Source: Dehalococcoidales bacterium (GTDB lineage Bacteria; Chloroflexota; Dehalococcoidia; Dehalococcoidales; W693). From it: a DNA stretch of 64,000 nucleotides. The position numbers and the translations under genes were made by a program. The stretch covers positions 844 to 64,843 of the forward strand of contig DAOUDM010000035.1 in assembly GCA_034431095.1 (NCBI GenBank). The letters run 5' to 3'. The notes below the pieces were generated by a model. It had not been told where the DNA came from. It saw nothing but the letters and a program-made list of their open reading frames with translations, and did not search any database. Positions 17,713 to 28,800 of this stretch are shown piece after piece. The stretch's first letter is position 1. The number at the start of each line of letters is the position of its first letter.

Positions 17713-20188
17713 GTTTCTCCTGCCTTGAGCGGTTTTTCCTGCCGGCCGCCCTGTTTTTCTTCGCTTTGAAGGTCAAGCCGTCATTGCTCCGGTTAACCCG
17801 GATGGTATCGCCCTCTTTGAATTCGCCACGCAGTATCTTGCTGGAAAGGGGATTCTCCACATACTGCTCGATGGCTCGTCTTAATGGTCGTGCCCCGTAG
17901 GTCGGGTCATAGCCGATTTGGGCCAGCCATGACTTGGCGTTATCGCTAATCTCGATTGCCAGCTTGCGGTCGGCAAGGCGGTTCTGTAAATCTTTTACCA
18001 TCAGGTCGACGATATTTCTGAGTTGCTCCTCGGTCAGCTCGTGGAAGACTATTATTTCATCTATGCGGTTGAGGAACTCGGGGCGAAAGGTCTTTTTAAC
18101 CTCAGCCATCACCTTGTCCTTCATCCGTTCGTAGCTGCTCTTTTCCGCTTTAGCTCTGTCCTTCTGTGCGGCAAAGCCGAGGGTGGTTTCGCGCTTGATA
18201 AGCTCGACGCCGGCGTTGGAGGTCATTATAACCACGGTGTTCTTGAAGTCCACCGTCCGCCCGTGACCATCGGTCAACCGCCCGTCGTCAAGCACCTGTA
18301 GCAGGCTGTTGAATACATCGGGGTGCGCCTTTTCAATCTCATCCAGCAGGATTACCCGGTAGGGGCGTCGTCTTACCAGCTCGGTAAGCTGGCCGCCCTC
18401 GTCGTAGCCGATGTAACCCGGCGGGGCGCCGATAAGCCGTGATACGGTGTGCCTCTCCTGGTATTCCGACATATCCAGGCGCACCATGGCGTTTTCATCA
18501 CCGAAGAGGAACCAGGCAAGGGTTTTGGCCAGCTCGGTCTTGCCGACGCCGGTAGGTCCCAGGAACATAAAGCTGCCGATGGGTCGCCGCGGGTCCTTGA
18601 GACCGGCACGGCTCCTCCGGATAGCCTCCGAGATAGCCTTGACCGCCTCCTCCTGGTTGACGAGCCGCTCGTGAATGCGCTCTTCCATATGCAGCATCTT
18701 TTCGACTTCGCCCTCCAGCATCTGGGATACCGGGATGCCCGTCCAGATGGCCACCAGCCGGGCTATATCCTCCTCGCCGACCTCCTCTGCAATCTTCTGT
18801 TGCTTGAGCCACCGGCTCTTGGACTGCTTGTATTCCTCTTCCAGGCGTAGTCTTTCCGCCTTGAGTTGAGCGGCATGCTCATATTCCTGCTTTTGCGAGG
18901 AGGCTTCCTCCTCGTTAGCCAGTTGTTTGAGGCGGCTCTCCAGCGACCTGACCTCTGGCGGTGCGCTCTCGGTATCAAGGCGCAGTTTTGAGGCGGCTTC
19001 ATCGATGAGGTCAATGGCTTTATCCGGCAGGTGTCTATCGGAGATGTAGCGCTGGCTCAGGCTGACCGCCGCCTCCAGCGCCTGGTCGCTGATTTTAATC
19101 TTGTGGTGAGCTTCGTACCTGGGCCGAAGACCCCTGAGAATGGCGATGCTAGCCTCGGCATCGGGCTCACTGATGAAGACCGGTTGCAGGCGCCGCTCCA
19201 GGGCTTTGTCCTTCTCGATAAACTTGCGGTACTCGTCCAGCGTGGTGGCGCCGATGCACCTCAGCTCGCCGTGAGCCAGTGCCGGTTTGAGCATGTTGCT
19301 GGCGTCGACGGAGCCCTCGGCGGCGCCAGCGCCGACTACGGTATGGATCTCATCGATGAACAGGATTACCTCGCCCTGTGCCTCCCGCACCTCGTCTATT
19401 ACCGCCTTGAGCCGCTCCTCGAACTCGCCGCGGAACTTACTGCCGGCGACCAGCGCCCCCATATCCAGCGCCATGACTTTTTTGCCTCTGAGGGATTCGG
19501 GAACATCGTCGGCGGCGATTTTTTGAGCTACCCCCTCAGCGATAGCCGTCTTGCCAACGCCGGCTTCGCCGACCACCACAGGGTTGTTCTTGGTGCGGCG
19601 GGTAAGAATCTGCATAACCCGCTTTATTTCCTCGTCGCGGCCGATGACCGGGTCGAGCTTGCCGGCTTGCGCCAGCGCCGTCAGGTCGCGGCTGTATTTA
19701 GCCAGGGAGCGGTATTTGCTCTCGGCTCTGGAGTCGGTGACCCGGTGTCCGCCCCTTATCTTCTGCAAAGCGCGGTACACCTTTTCCTGGTCGATGCCGG
19801 CGCCTTTGAGTATTTTAACCGCCTCGCCCTTTTCCTCGCCGCTCATGGCAATAAGCAGGTGCTCGGTGCCGACGAACTCGTCCTTGAGACGGTCAGCCTC
19901 GCTGGCTGATGTTTCCAGCAGCTTGGCGACGTGGGGCGTGGCGTATATCTGCTGTGTCTCATAGGTAACCTGCGGCGTCTTCTTCAGGGCGGCGGTCACC
20001 TGCTTTTTCAGGGATTCTATATTGACGCCGAGTTCTTTGATTATGTCGCCAACCAGACCCTTCTCCTGCTGGAGCAGGGCTAGTAGTATATGCTCCACAT
20101 CCCACTGGCTGTGCTTGAACTCGCGAACCAGTTCCTGGGAGGCGGCTAATGCCTCCTGTGCCTGCTCGGTAAATCTCTCCTGTCTCAT
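17702..20188 (-). CDS. clpC: AAA+ chaperone/unfoldase, ClpC type (Clp ATPase with short M-domain and LGF ClpP-docking loop)
   Basis: 828 aa with an N-terminal Clp_N repeat and two Walker A motifs ([16 protein letters not shown]). The short middle region has a UVR-like stretch, [43 protein letters not shown] matches the ClpC-type tripeptide loop rather than ClpB. Confidence 0.9.
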   Translation of the reverse strand: MRQERFTEQAQEALAASQELVREFKHSQWDVEHILLALLQQEKGLVGDIIKELGVNIESLKKQVTAALKKTPQVTYETQQIYATPHVAKLLETSASEADRLKDEFVGTEHLLIAMSGEEKGEAVKILKGAGIDQEKVYRALQKIRGGHRVTDSRAESKYRSLAKYSRDLTALAQAGKLDPVIGRDEEIKRVMQILTRRTKNNPVVVGEAGVGKTAIAEGVAQKIAADDVPESLRGKKVMALDMGALVAGSKFRGEFEERLKAVIDEVREAQGEVILFIDEIHTVVGAGAAEGSVDASNMLKPALAHGELRCIGATTLDEYRKFIEKDKALERRLQPVFISEPDAEASIAILRGLRPRYEAHHKIKISDQALEAAVSLSQRYISDRHLPDKAIDLIDEAASKLRLDTESAPPEVRSLESRLKQLANEEEASSQKQEYEHAAQLKAERLRLEEEYKQSKSRWLKQQKIAEEVGEEDIARLVAIWTGIPVSQMLEGEVEKMLHMEERIHERLVNQEEAVKAISEAIRRSRAGLKDPRRPIGSFMFLGPTGVGKTELAKTLAWFLFGDENAMVRLDMSEYQERHTVSRLIGAPPGYIGYDEGGQLTELVRRRPYRVILLDEIEKAHPDVFNSLLQVLDDGRLTDGHGRTVDFKNTVVIMTSNAGVELIKRETTLGFAAQKDRAKAEKSSYERMKDKVMAEVKKTFRPEFLNRIDEIIVFHELTEEQLRNIVDLMVKDLQNRLADRKLAIEISDNAKSWLAQIGYDPTYGARPLRRAIEQYVENPLSSKILRGEFKEGDTIRVNRSNDGLTFKAKKNRAAGRKNRSRQEKLGG

Positions 20189-20511
20189 TCCTTTTCTCTC
20201 CTCAGTCTGGCTAACTCTGCCCCCATCTCTTCGGTAGCCCTCTGTAGCTGGGCGATTTGCTGTGACATCCTCAGGATAACCTCTATTCCAGCAAGATTAA
20301 CGCCGAGGTCTTCCATAAGTGTCCTTACCTTTTGCAGTAACGCCAGGTCCATATCTGAGTAGAGCCGTATATTACCCCGTGACCGTGCCGGCTTTATTAT
20401 GCCCACCTTTTCGTAATAGCGCAAGGTATAGGTCCGGGCGCCCAGCATCTCAGCGGCGATACTTATTACATAGCGCGGTTTTGTCTCTTTTTCCATATAG
20501 CGACTCCTCAC
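20185..20511 (-). CDS. hspR: MerR-family heat-shock repressor, HspR-like
   Basis: 108 aa. YVISIAAEMLGARTYTLRYYEKVGIIKPARSRGNIRLYSDMDL is a MerR HTH. It is positioned between dnaJ and clpC and overlaps clpC by 4 nt. Confidence 0.8.
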   Translation of the reverse strand: MRSRYMEKETKPRYVISIAAEMLGARTYTLRYYEKVGIIKPARSRGNIRLYSDMDLALLQKVRTLMEDLGVNLAGIEVILRMSQQIAQLQRATEEMGAELARLRREKE

Positions 20512-20521
20512 CCGTTAGGAT

Positions 20522-21541
20522 TTATTTCTTACCGGTGCGAAGCTGGTTGAGTTTCTGAAACAGCTCCTTCTCTTCCGGTGACAGGTTGGTCGGTAGCAAA
20601 ATATTTACCCTGGCTTTCAAGTCGCCCCGTGATGTTTTACCCAGATGGGGCATACCCTGACCGGCAAGGCGAAAGGTGCGTCCGTTCTGGGTCTCCGGCG
20701 GGATTTTAAGCTCCAGGTTTCCCTTGAGGGTGGCGACCTTGACCTCGCCGCCGAGCACCGCCGTCGTTAGCGGGACATCGACATTAACATACAGGTCGTT
20801 ACCCTGTCGCTCGAACAGCGGGTGCGGCTTGACCGTGACTATCAGGTAAAGGTCTCCCCTGGCGCCGCCGTAGCCTTCGCCACCCTTGCCGGAGATACGC
20901 ACCCGGGAGCCGGTCTTAACGCCGGCTGGTATCTTGACCTCGAGCCGTTTTACTCGGCTGATGGCACCCGAGCCCTGGCATACCGAACAGAGGGTATTCT
21001 GTATCCGCCTACTGCCGTGGCAGGTGGCGCAGGCTTCCTTGGCCTGAAGGCTGAGGAGGCGGCTGGTGCCGGAGAAGGCCTCTTCCAGCGTTATCTCAAC
21101 CGGCTGCTCTATGTCTCGCCCCCGCCTGGGCTGGGTGCGTCGGCTACGGGTGCCAGCCCGGCCGCCGCGCAGAAGCTCGTCGAGCAGGCTATCGAGGCCG
21201 TCCCCGCCACCGCTATAGCTGTAGCTGTAAGTCCTGCCACCGCCGCCAAAGAGGTCGCCGAAATCGGCGCCCTGGAATGGTCCCCCACGCCCCCCGGCTT
21301 TGGCGAACTGGTCGGCGTGCTGCCACTGGTCGCCGAACCGGTCGTACTTCTTTCGTTTTTCTTTGTCGGAGAGCACCTCGTAGGCTTCGCTTATCTGCTT
21401 GAACTTCTCTTCGGCGGTTGTATCGCCCGGATTGACATCGGGGTGGTGCTTGCGTGCCAGCCGGCGAAAGGCTTGCTTTATCTCTTTTTCGCTGGCGTTG
21501 CGATTGACGCCCAATATGCCGTAATAATCTTTCCCAGCCAT
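20522..21541 (-). CDS. dnaJ: Molecular chaperone DnaJ
   Basis: ORF 20522..21601 trimmed to [12 protein letters not shown] (ATG at 21541). It has a J-domain HPD motif (HHPDVNPG), a G/F-rich region, a Cys-rich zinc-finger region ([15 protein letters not shown]) and the C-terminal domains. Confidence 0.95.
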   Translation of the reverse strand: MAGKDYYGILGVNRNASEKEIKQAFRRLARKHHPDVNPGDTTAEEKFKQISEAYEVLSDKEKRKKYDRFGDQWQHADQFAKAGGRGGPFQGADFGDLFGGGGRTYSYSYSGGGDGLDSLLDELLRGGRAGTRSRRTQPRRGRDIEQPVEITLEEAFSGTSRLLSLQAKEACATCHGSRRIQNTLCSVCQGSGAISRVKRLEVKIPAGVKTGSRVRISGKGGEGYGGARGDLYLIVTVKPHPLFERQGNDLYVNVDVPLTTAVLGGEVKVATLKGNLELKIPPETQNGRTFRLAGQGMPHLGKTSRGDLKARVNILLPTNLSPEEKELFQKLNQLRTGKK

Positions 21542-21571
21542 CTTATCCCACGTTTGTTTAAATTGTTCTAT

Positions 21572-21601
21572 ATTATAAACATATATTATGATAGTTGTCA
21601 A
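21572..21601 (-). promoter_or_regulatory. Candidate promoter of dnaJ-hspR-clpC
   Basis: The reverse strand reads TTGACA (21596-21601), an 18-nt spacer, then TATAAT (21572-21577). It lies about 30 nt upstream of the dnaJ ATG. Confidence 0.45.
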
Positions 21602-21691
21602 ACGATATTCAGGAAAGTTAACAATAATTTGTTAGTATACTGTAAAGATTGCGGTAATTACCCGAGCTGGTGTAATTTAGATATAGAGCAC

Positions 21692-21721
21692 TTGACAAAT
21701 AAATACCTGACTGCCTATAAT
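21692..21721 (+). promoter_or_regulatory. Candidate promoter of pyrG
   Basis: TTGACA (21692-21697), an 18-nt spacer, then TATAAT (21716-21721). This leaves a leader of about 108 nt before the ATG at 21830. Confidence 0.5.
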
Positions 21722-21829
21722 AAGAGAAACCCATTCCAACCCCCTCTTCAAAGGTAATTCTGATTCTAAGCTTGGCTGTTTCTGGCTGGGATTTGGAGTT
21801 CTCCGGTTTTTTTAGAACAAAGTTAATCT

Positions 21830-23464
21830 ATGTCAAAGTATATCTTTGTTACTGGTGGTGTTGTTAGTTCGGTGGGCAAGGGTATCACCGTTGCCTCTCT
21901 GGGCAACATCCTTAAGAGCCGCCATATAAGCGTCTCGGTTCAGAAGCTGGACCCCTATCTAAATGTTGACCCGGGGACGATGTCACCCTACCAGCACGGC
22001 GAGGTGTTCGTTACCAGGGACGGTGCCGAGACCGACCTTGACCTGGGTAATTACGAGCGTTTCATTGATATCGAGCTTACCGCCGACTCCAATGTTACTT
22101 CGGGGCAGATTTACAGTGACGTTATCGCCAAGGAGAGGCGGGGTGACTTCCTGGGGGGGACTATTCAGGTAGTTCCTCATGTAACCGCCGAGATTAAGAA
22201 CAGGTTCAAGCAGTTAGCCCAGAAATCCCAAGCGGATGTGGTGATTATAGAGGTAGGTGGCACGGTGGGAGATATCGAGGGTCAGCCATTCCTGGAAGCC
22301 ATCAGGCAGATGAGGAACGATGTCGGCCGTGATAATGTTCTCTATATCCATGTCACCCTTCTTCCTTATATTAATACTACCAAGGAGCTGAAGACCAAGC
22401 CCACCCAGCACAGTGTTAACGAGCTCCGTCGCATTGGTATCCAGCCGGATATAATAATCTGCCGCAGTGATTACCCCATCTCGGATAGCATCAGGGATAA
22501 GATATCCTTGTTCTGCGATGTCGAGCGGAAAGCTGTTATCCCGCTACCGACAGTATCCACCATATATGAAGTACCGCTAATCTTGGAAGACGAAGGGATA
22601 GGAAAGCTGGTGGTAAGCAGGCTTGGTCTTAAACAGAGGAAGACAGACCTCAACAGGTGGCGGCAGATGGTCAGCTGTCTTAAAGAGCCCTGCGAGACGG
22701 TTAACATTGCCCTGGTGGGCAAGTATGTAGAGCTGGAGGATGCCTATTACTCGGTGCGGGAGGCGCTGTGCCACGCCGGGCTTTATCACAACAGGAATAT
22801 CAATCTGCAATGGGTTCACTCCGAGGAGCTGGAGAAAAAGGGCGGCGAGGCTCTGCTGCAGCAGGCCCAGGGTATCGTCGTCCCCGGCGGTTTCGGCATC
22901 AGAGGCATAGAAGGGATGATAAAAACCGCTACCTATGCCCGTGAAAACAAGATTCCCTACCTCGGCTTGTGTCTGGGGATGCATGTTATGGTTATCGAGT
23001 TTGCCCGCCATGTGCTGGGCTCGGATAAGCCCAATTCCACCGAGTTTGACGAAACTACCCCCCATCCGGTTATTGCCCTCCTTCCTGAGCAACAGGCGAT
23101 AAAAGAAATGGGCGGCACCATGCGTCTGGGGATATATCCGTGCCAGTTGATTGACGGCAGCCGTGCCGCTGATGCTTATGGACAGAGCCTGGTTGGCGAG
23201 CGGCACCGCCACCGCTATGAATTTAATAATGACTATCGTGATATACTGGCGAAAGCGGGGATGGTATATAGCGGGTTGTCTCCCGATGAAATACTGGTGG
23301 AAATCTGTGAGCTAGCCGACCACCCATGGATGCTCGGTTGCCAGTTCCATCCCGAGTTCGGCTCTCGCCCCGGTCGTCCTAACCCGCTGTTTCGCGATTT
23401 TATCGGGGTTGCCAAGGATGTATTACGTGAGGGAGCTCAGCCGTCACTGCCCCTTAACTCATAA
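21830..23464 (+). CDS. pyrG: CTP synthase
   Basis: 544 aa. [20 protein letters not shown]-terminus, with a C-terminal glutamine amidotransferase domain ([15 protein letters not shown]). Confidence 0.97.
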   Translation: MSKYIFVTGGVVSSVGKGITVASLGNILKSRHISVSVQKLDPYLNVDPGTMSPYQHGEVFVTRDGAETDLDLGNYERFIDIELTADSNVTSGQIYSDVIAKERRGDFLGGTIQVVPHVTAEIKNRFKQLAQKSQADVVIIEVGGTVGDIEGQPFLEAIRQMRNDVGRDNVLYIHVTLLPYINTTKELKTKPTQHSVNELRRIGIQPDIIICRSDYPISDSIRDKISLFCDVERKAVIPLPTVSTIYEVPLILEDEGIGKLVVSRLGLKQRKTDLNRWRQMVSCLKEPCETVNIALVGKYVELEDAYYSVREALCHAGLYHNRNINLQWVHSEELEKKGGEALLQQAQGIVVPGGFGIRGIEGMIKTATYARENKIPYLGLCLGMHVMVIEFARHVLGSDKPNSTEFDETTPHPVIALLPEQQAIKEMGGTMRLGIYPCQLIDGSRAADAYGQSLVGERHRHRYEFNNDYRDILAKAGMVYSGLSPDEILVEICELADHPWMLGCQFHPEFGSRPGRPNPLFRDFIGVAKDVLREGAQPSLPLNS

Positions 23465-23478
23465 CCAAGGAGTCTAAA

Positions 23479-24132
23479 ATGCGTATTTTTCTGGATACCG
23501 CCAATGTTGACCATATCAGGCAGGGTGTCAAGCTCGGTGTCGTTACTGGCGTTACCACCAATCCGACCCTGGTATCCAAGGAGGGGCATAAAGATTACCA
23601 GGCGATGGTCAAGGAGATATGCTCCATCGTTCCTGGACCTGTTTCCGCCGAGGTGGTGGTGGAGGGCGTTCCCGCTATGCTGGAACAGGCGCGGGAGATT
23701 GCCACCTGGGCGTTGAATGTGGTGATAAAGATTCCAGCTACCGCCGAGGGATTGGAGGTAACATCGGCATTAGCCAAGGAAAATATAAAGGTGAATATGA
23801 CCCTGTGCTTCTCGGTGAATCAGGCTCTCCTGGCGGCACTGGCCGGCGCCGCCTATATCAGCCCCTTCGTCGGCCGGCTGGATGATGTCGGCCATGACGG
23901 CATGGCGCTGGTTAAGGACATCGTCGAAGTCTTTGGTAAGTATGATAACTTGACAACCGAGGTGCTGGCTGCTAGTATTCGTCATCCACTGCATTGCATA
24001 GCGGCGGCTAGAGCCGGGGCTCATATAGCCACAGTTCCCTATAGCGTACTGCTACAGATGATAAAACACCCGCTTACCGATATCGGTATTGAGCGTTTCC
24101 TCGCCGACTGGAAAAGCGTATCGGGTGATTAA
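23479..24132 (+). CDS. fsa: Fructose-6-phosphate aldolase / short transaldolase family (TalC/Fsa type)
   Basis: 217 aa. [31 protein letters not shown] and the active-site region IKIPAT...SPFVGRLDD. Confidence 0.9.
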   Translation: MRIFLDTANVDHIRQGVKLGVVTGVTTNPTLVSKEGHKDYQAMVKEICSIVPGPVSAEVVVEGVPAMLEQAREIATWALNVVIKIPATAEGLEVTSALAKENIKVNMTLCFSVNQALLAALAGAAYISPFVGRLDDVGHDGMALVKDIVEVFGKYDNLTTEVLAASIRHPLHCIAAARAGAHIATVPYSVLLQMIKHPLTDIGIERFLADWKSVSGD

Positions 24133-24245
24133 GCAAACAACAAGTATAATAAATAATGTAAACAATATTATATTACTTAGTGTCACTGCGACCAATCCAT
24201 CTCCTGGTGGAGGATGATGGTAAAGGGTAAAGAGAAAGGTAGAAT

Positions 24246-25508
24246 ATGGATATCAGACAATTAGAAACTAAGACCAGAGAGGAGCTGGTTGGCCTGGCCA
24301 GGGAGAATGGGCTTGCCAGCTGTACTGGCCTTAAGAAGCAGGAGCTGATTATGCGCCTGCTGCAGGCACATGCCGAACAGCAGGGCAACCTCTTTTGTGG
24401 CGGCATTCTGGATATTATGGCTGACGGTTATGGCTTCCTCAGGCAGAGCACCCTTCTGCCCAGCTCGGCTGATATATATGTCTCCCAGTCCCAGATTCGT
24501 CGCTTCGGACTGCGCCCCAGCGATATGGTTATGGGGCAGGGCAGACCGGCCAAGGCGGGCGAGAAGTACTACAGCCTGCTCCGCGTCGAGGCGATTAACG
24601 ATATAAATCCAGAGCTATCTAAAAACAGGCCCCTTTTCGGTGCACTCACCCCCACCTTCCCCGATAAATTGATTGACCTGGAGACCACAGCGGGCAATCT
24701 GTCAACCCGGCTGATAAACCTGATTGCCCCTATCGGCAGGGGACAGCGCGGTCTCATTGTTTCTCCCCCCAAAGCGGGCAAGACGATGCTCCTCAAGGCG
24801 ATAGCCAATGCCGCAACCACTAACTACAATGATATTAAGCTGATGGTCTGTCTCATCGGCGAGCGCCCGGAGGAAGTGACCGATATGAAACGCTCGGTTA
24901 AGGGCGAGGTAATCAGCGCTACCTTTGACGAGCCGGTGGAAAATCACACCCGCGTCGCCGAGATGGCGCTGGATAGAGCCAAGCGATTGGTGGAAGGCGG
25001 CAAGGATGTTTTTATCCTTCTCGACGGTATCACCCGGCTTACCCGGGCGTACAACCTGGCGATGCCATCCAGCGGCCGTACCCTGTCCGGCGGCATTGAC
25101 CCCGCTGCCCTGCACCCGGCCAAGCGCTTCTTCGGCGCTGCCCGCAACGTGGAGGAGGGCGGCAGTCTGACTATCATCGCCACCTGCCTTATCGATACCG
25201 GCAGCCGTATGGACGACATGATTTACGAAGAGATTAAGGGAACGGGCAATATGGAACTCCACCTGGACCGTCGCCTGGCAGAGCGCCGGGTATTCCCGGC
25301 GATAGATATCCAGCGGAGCGGCACCAGGCGGGAGGAACTGCTGCTGAGTGAGGAGACCAACAAACAGGTGCGCTTGCTGAGGCGTATGATGTCCATGGTT
25401 GCCGCTGGCTCGATTAACTCCGTTGAGACTACGGAGCGGGTTCTGGAGCGTATGCGTAAGACCAAGACCAATGACGAGTTTCTGGCCGGTTTGAGTAAAG
25501 ATACGTAG
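24246..25508 (+). CDS. rho: Transcription termination factor Rho
   Basis: 420 aa with an N-terminal Rho_N, then [14 protein letters not shown] in the RNA-binding domain, Walker A PPKAGKT, and [15 protein letters not shown]. Confidence 0.96.
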   Translation: MDIRQLETKTREELVGLARENGLASCTGLKKQELIMRLLQAHAEQQGNLFCGGILDIMADGYGFLRQSTLLPSSADIYVSQSQIRRFGLRPSDMVMGQGRPAKAGEKYYSLLRVEAINDINPELSKNRPLFGALTPTFPDKLIDLETTAGNLSTRLINLIAPIGRGQRGLIVSPPKAGKTMLLKAIANAATTNYNDIKLMVCLIGERPEEVTDMKRSVKGEVISATFDEPVENHTRVAEMALDRAKRLVEGGKDVFILLDGITRLTRAYNLAMPSSGRTLSGGIDPAALHPAKRFFGAARNVEEGGSLTIIATCLIDTGSRMDDMIYEEIKGTGNMELHLDRRLAERRVFPAIDIQRSGTRREELLLSEETNKQVRLLRRMMSMVAAGSINSVETTERVLERMRKTKTNDEFLAGLSKDT

Positions 25509-25534
25509 TTCTAATCTGGTTGGGGAAATCTATC

Positions 25535-25630
25535 CCCCTGCCCCCTTCCTTATTATAAAAAGGAAGGGGGAATAATTAAGAGGGCTTTGCCCCCTTATTC
25601 CTATAATTTCTCCCTTTAGTTAAAGGGAGA
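25535..25630. repeat. G/C-rich hairpin-module cluster, locus B
   Basis: Three hairpins: CCCCCTTCCT-N10-AGGAAGGGGG (25541-25570), AAGAGGGC-TTT-GCCCCCTT (25578-25596) and TCTCCCTTT-AGTT-AAAGGGAGA (25609-25630). The cluster is directly downstream of rho. Confidence 0.85.
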
Positions 25631-25898
25631 CTTAAAGGGATTTTAAAAATAGCTTCTTCATACCTACCACTTCTTGACAGGGTGTGGTATTATATAAGCA
25701 GGATAATTATAAAGGAGGTGGTGCTATGGTAATAGCCCGAAAGGGAAAGCTATTATAAAACTGAAGGAAATTTAGATGTACCTTGTCTCTGTAGAGAGAA
25801 AGCAGGCGAGGTAAGTTATGCTTTTATTTATGGGGACGTAAGATACTAATCAAGTATGGAGACATAAAATACTAATCTAAGGAGAAATATTTAGGTCG

Positions 25899-28800
25899 AT
25901 GAAAAGTAAAATATCAAAAATATTAGGAATTGTGCTGAGCTTGGCACTGCTTTCCAGCATGGCGATTGCGGTGGCTCCGGTATCTGCTGCACCGGGCGTG
26001 AACGCCTGGGATGAGATTACCTTACCGGTAACCGGGATTAACGGGGTTGACGAGCTGGAAATAGCCCCCAACGGTGATATGTATGTGTCCTCTTTCACCA
26101 CCAGTGATGACTTACCATACACTGGCAGTAACTATATCTGGTGGGACCTGTACAAATCAACCGATGGTGGTTACACCTGGACAGTTACCGACCTTGACTA
26201 CGAAAAACTTGGCGGTAGCGATAGCAATGACAGTGATGAGATTACCGCCATTGCCGCATCACCCGATTCACAGACCATCTATGTCGGAACTTATCACGAA
26301 TCAGGTAGCGGAGAGGTCTGGAAGATTGAGGATGAAGGTGCGGGAGAGCCATACCTCATACAGCAACCCCTGGGCAACGAAAGCGGAGAATATGCCGATT
26401 ACGTCTATGACCTTGAGGTGTGGAGCGATGGTGTCGATAACTGGCTCCTGGCTGCTTGCGATATTGACGTCCTGGTTCTAAAGGACAGCCTGTTTGAGCT
26501 GTGGCGCGATATGGAAGTAAGCAACAGCTTTGATGACTCGGGTGAAGAAGGAGACTTAAGTTATGCCTTCAAGGCGTCCTTTGACCCGGAATTCGAGACC
26601 TCCTTCCTGCTGTGGGCTCTGATTAGCGTTTATCAAAGTGGCACTGGTGATGACGAGTATATACTCACTACCACCGGCGCTAACTCGCCCGGCCAGTGGG
26701 GCTCGGTGATCGAGGATTCTGATTTCAGTGGTTACACTAGTATGAACGATGATGCTGATTACCGTGCTGATTTCGCCTTTGCCAGCAACCACACCCCTGC
26801 CGCCCCGATTATCTATGCCGCCCTCAATGATGGCAGTGGCTATACGACTGGCGATGGCAACCTCTTCCTGGTAGAGTTCGCCTATGTCGCCACCCCAGCC
26901 ACTACACAATGGACCGCTCTGCTTAGCGACAGGGCAATGAGCAGTGTAGAGGTATCGGGTGGGGTCATCCTCGCCGGTGCGTTGAGGGACAACATCGTGT
27001 TCCGCAGCATCAACGAAGGTGATACCTTTGCCCAGGTTACCAAAGCCCCCACCGGCGGCGGAGAGGTTAACGTCTATATGACGGATGGCTTTGATGCCGA
27101 GAACGGCGTTGGCTTTGCTCTCACCCGCAGATGGGCTTACGATGAAAGCGCCATATCAAAGACTATAGATGGTGGCGATACCTGGAACCAGATTGCCTTC
27201 ATTGATACCACTATTGATGAAATTCTGGATATGACCTGGTCGCCAGACTTCCCCGGTGGCTCTTTCATGCTGCTCTTAACCCGCAGCTACGGTTCTCATG
27301 CTGATACCATCAGCCTGTGGCGCACCGAGAACGCTCTCGATGCTAAACCTACCTGGGAGAGAGTGCTTTGTGCAGACGATAGCTCCTTCTCTTACGCCAA
27401 CTTCTTCATGGATGAGGATGAGGGACACCACACATCAGTTGAGTGGTCTCAGGACGGCAACACGGTTATGCTGCAAGGGGATAACGGTAACGAGGTAATC
27501 TTCAAGTCAGGTAATAACGCGCAGACCTTCACTTTCTGGCGCACACTGCCCAGTGGCATGGATATCCACGACTGGGTTGTCCTTGACGGCGTTACCCTCT
27601 ATGCCGCCACTGATGAAGGCTTCTACGGCAAGAGCGCCTATGGTCCGCCGACACATGTTGATACGTTCTCAGATAAATTAAACTCTATTGCCCTCCAGCC
27701 CGGCTTCGATGCCAGCGACCCCGCTAATTCAACCATCATAGTTGGCACTGAAGACGGCAATATCTATGTCTCGCTTACTGCCGGCGATACCTGGGGTGTT
27801 GCTAACAATGTGGGTTCTGGCGACGTCTATGTTGCCTTTGACTCCTGGACTCCTGGCATGATTTACTATGCTACATCTGGCAGTACAGTGGGAACCGCCA
27901 CCATTAGCGGCAACAAGCTGAAGGCTACCAGCATAGAGGACCTTGAAGATTCACTGGATCCCGCAATGGTCGCTTCGAGTGATACTGGCTTCTCCGGCCT
28001 GGTGGTCTCACCGGAAAGAGATGCTGCCAATCCGGGTAACGTCATCTATGCCATGGCCGACGGAATTGGCGGAGATGCTGAAGTTATCGCGGTACCCGAT
28101 GGTGTGATTGTAACCGTGACCGGTACTATACAGATACAAGGTGACGATAATGGCGGTACCGGTGCCCTCGATCTGGCCGACAACACCGTAACCCCTACCA
28201 TTACCGTTCTGGCTGGCACCTTCCTGACAGACGGCACCGATGATGGGACCTCCGGTTCGGCCACTGAGGCGCTTTTTATTATCGGTGATGACCTGACATT
28301 TAATGGTACTCATATAGTTGGTACCATTATGGTTGAAGGCTCCGAATCTATGGCTATCGGTACAATCGCTATTAGCGTAGCTATAGGGGATGTTACCGTT
28401 ACCGGTCTTGTTGTTTCCGGTGAAACACTTACTCCTACCAGCTCGATACTGATCTATAACTATGCTAGCGATGGTGGAGGCACCATGGGCTCCGACGCTG
28501 TTGATGCTATAGACGGCAAGATGTGGCGCATGCTCCTCCAGGAAGAGGATAACGAGTGGGAGGTCGCTCCTATAGACGGCGCTGAAGGCTTGTGGCGCAC
28601 CAATGGCTCCAACACTCTGTGGACTGTCGTTAGTGGCGATGAGCTCTGGGCGCTCGAGGATACCTGCAACGGCCCGGTTATGGGCTTGACTGTTGATGAC
28701 GTCACAGAGACCACTGCCGATATCAGCTGGAATGCTTTACTCGGTGCTGATAATTATGAGTACAAGTGGTGGAATGACGATGTGGAAAGAGACTTCACCG

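Noticed and set aside
21619-21634. Perfect palindrome TAACAA-TAAT-TTGTTA in the dnaJ/pyrG divergent region, as a candidate HspR operator.
   Set aside because: It does not resemble the HAIR consensus and lies upstream of the -35 rather than over the promoter. AT-rich palindromes of this size are common in AT-rich intergenic DNA. It is kept only as a note.
19031-21757. Long ORFs antisense to clpC (19031..19909, 19551..19964) and dnaJ (20822..21757). Similar cases lie antisense to the CNNM gene (5258..6082), pyrG (22577..23212), rho (24702..25262), the lipid kinase (41655..42407), valS (53680..54390, 55855..56316) and secA (60057..61088).
   Set aside because: Each overlaps a confidently identified conserved gene on the other strand. 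None has a recognisable motif or SD, and all show antisense-frame amino-acid bias.
21795-21813. GGAG-TT-CTCC followed by GGTTTTTTT in the pyrG leader, as a possible CTP-responsive attenuator like that of B. subtilis pyrG.
   Set aside because: The stem is only 4 bp with a 2-nt loop, so it is not a credible terminator hairpin. The initially transcribed region does not resemble the reiterative-transcription motif.
25674-25702. TTGACA at 25674-25679 as the -35 of the surface-protein promoter.
   Set aside because: The nearest -10-like hexamers (TATTAT, TATATA, TATAAG) give spacers of only 8-13 nt, and no hexamer lies at 16-18 nt.
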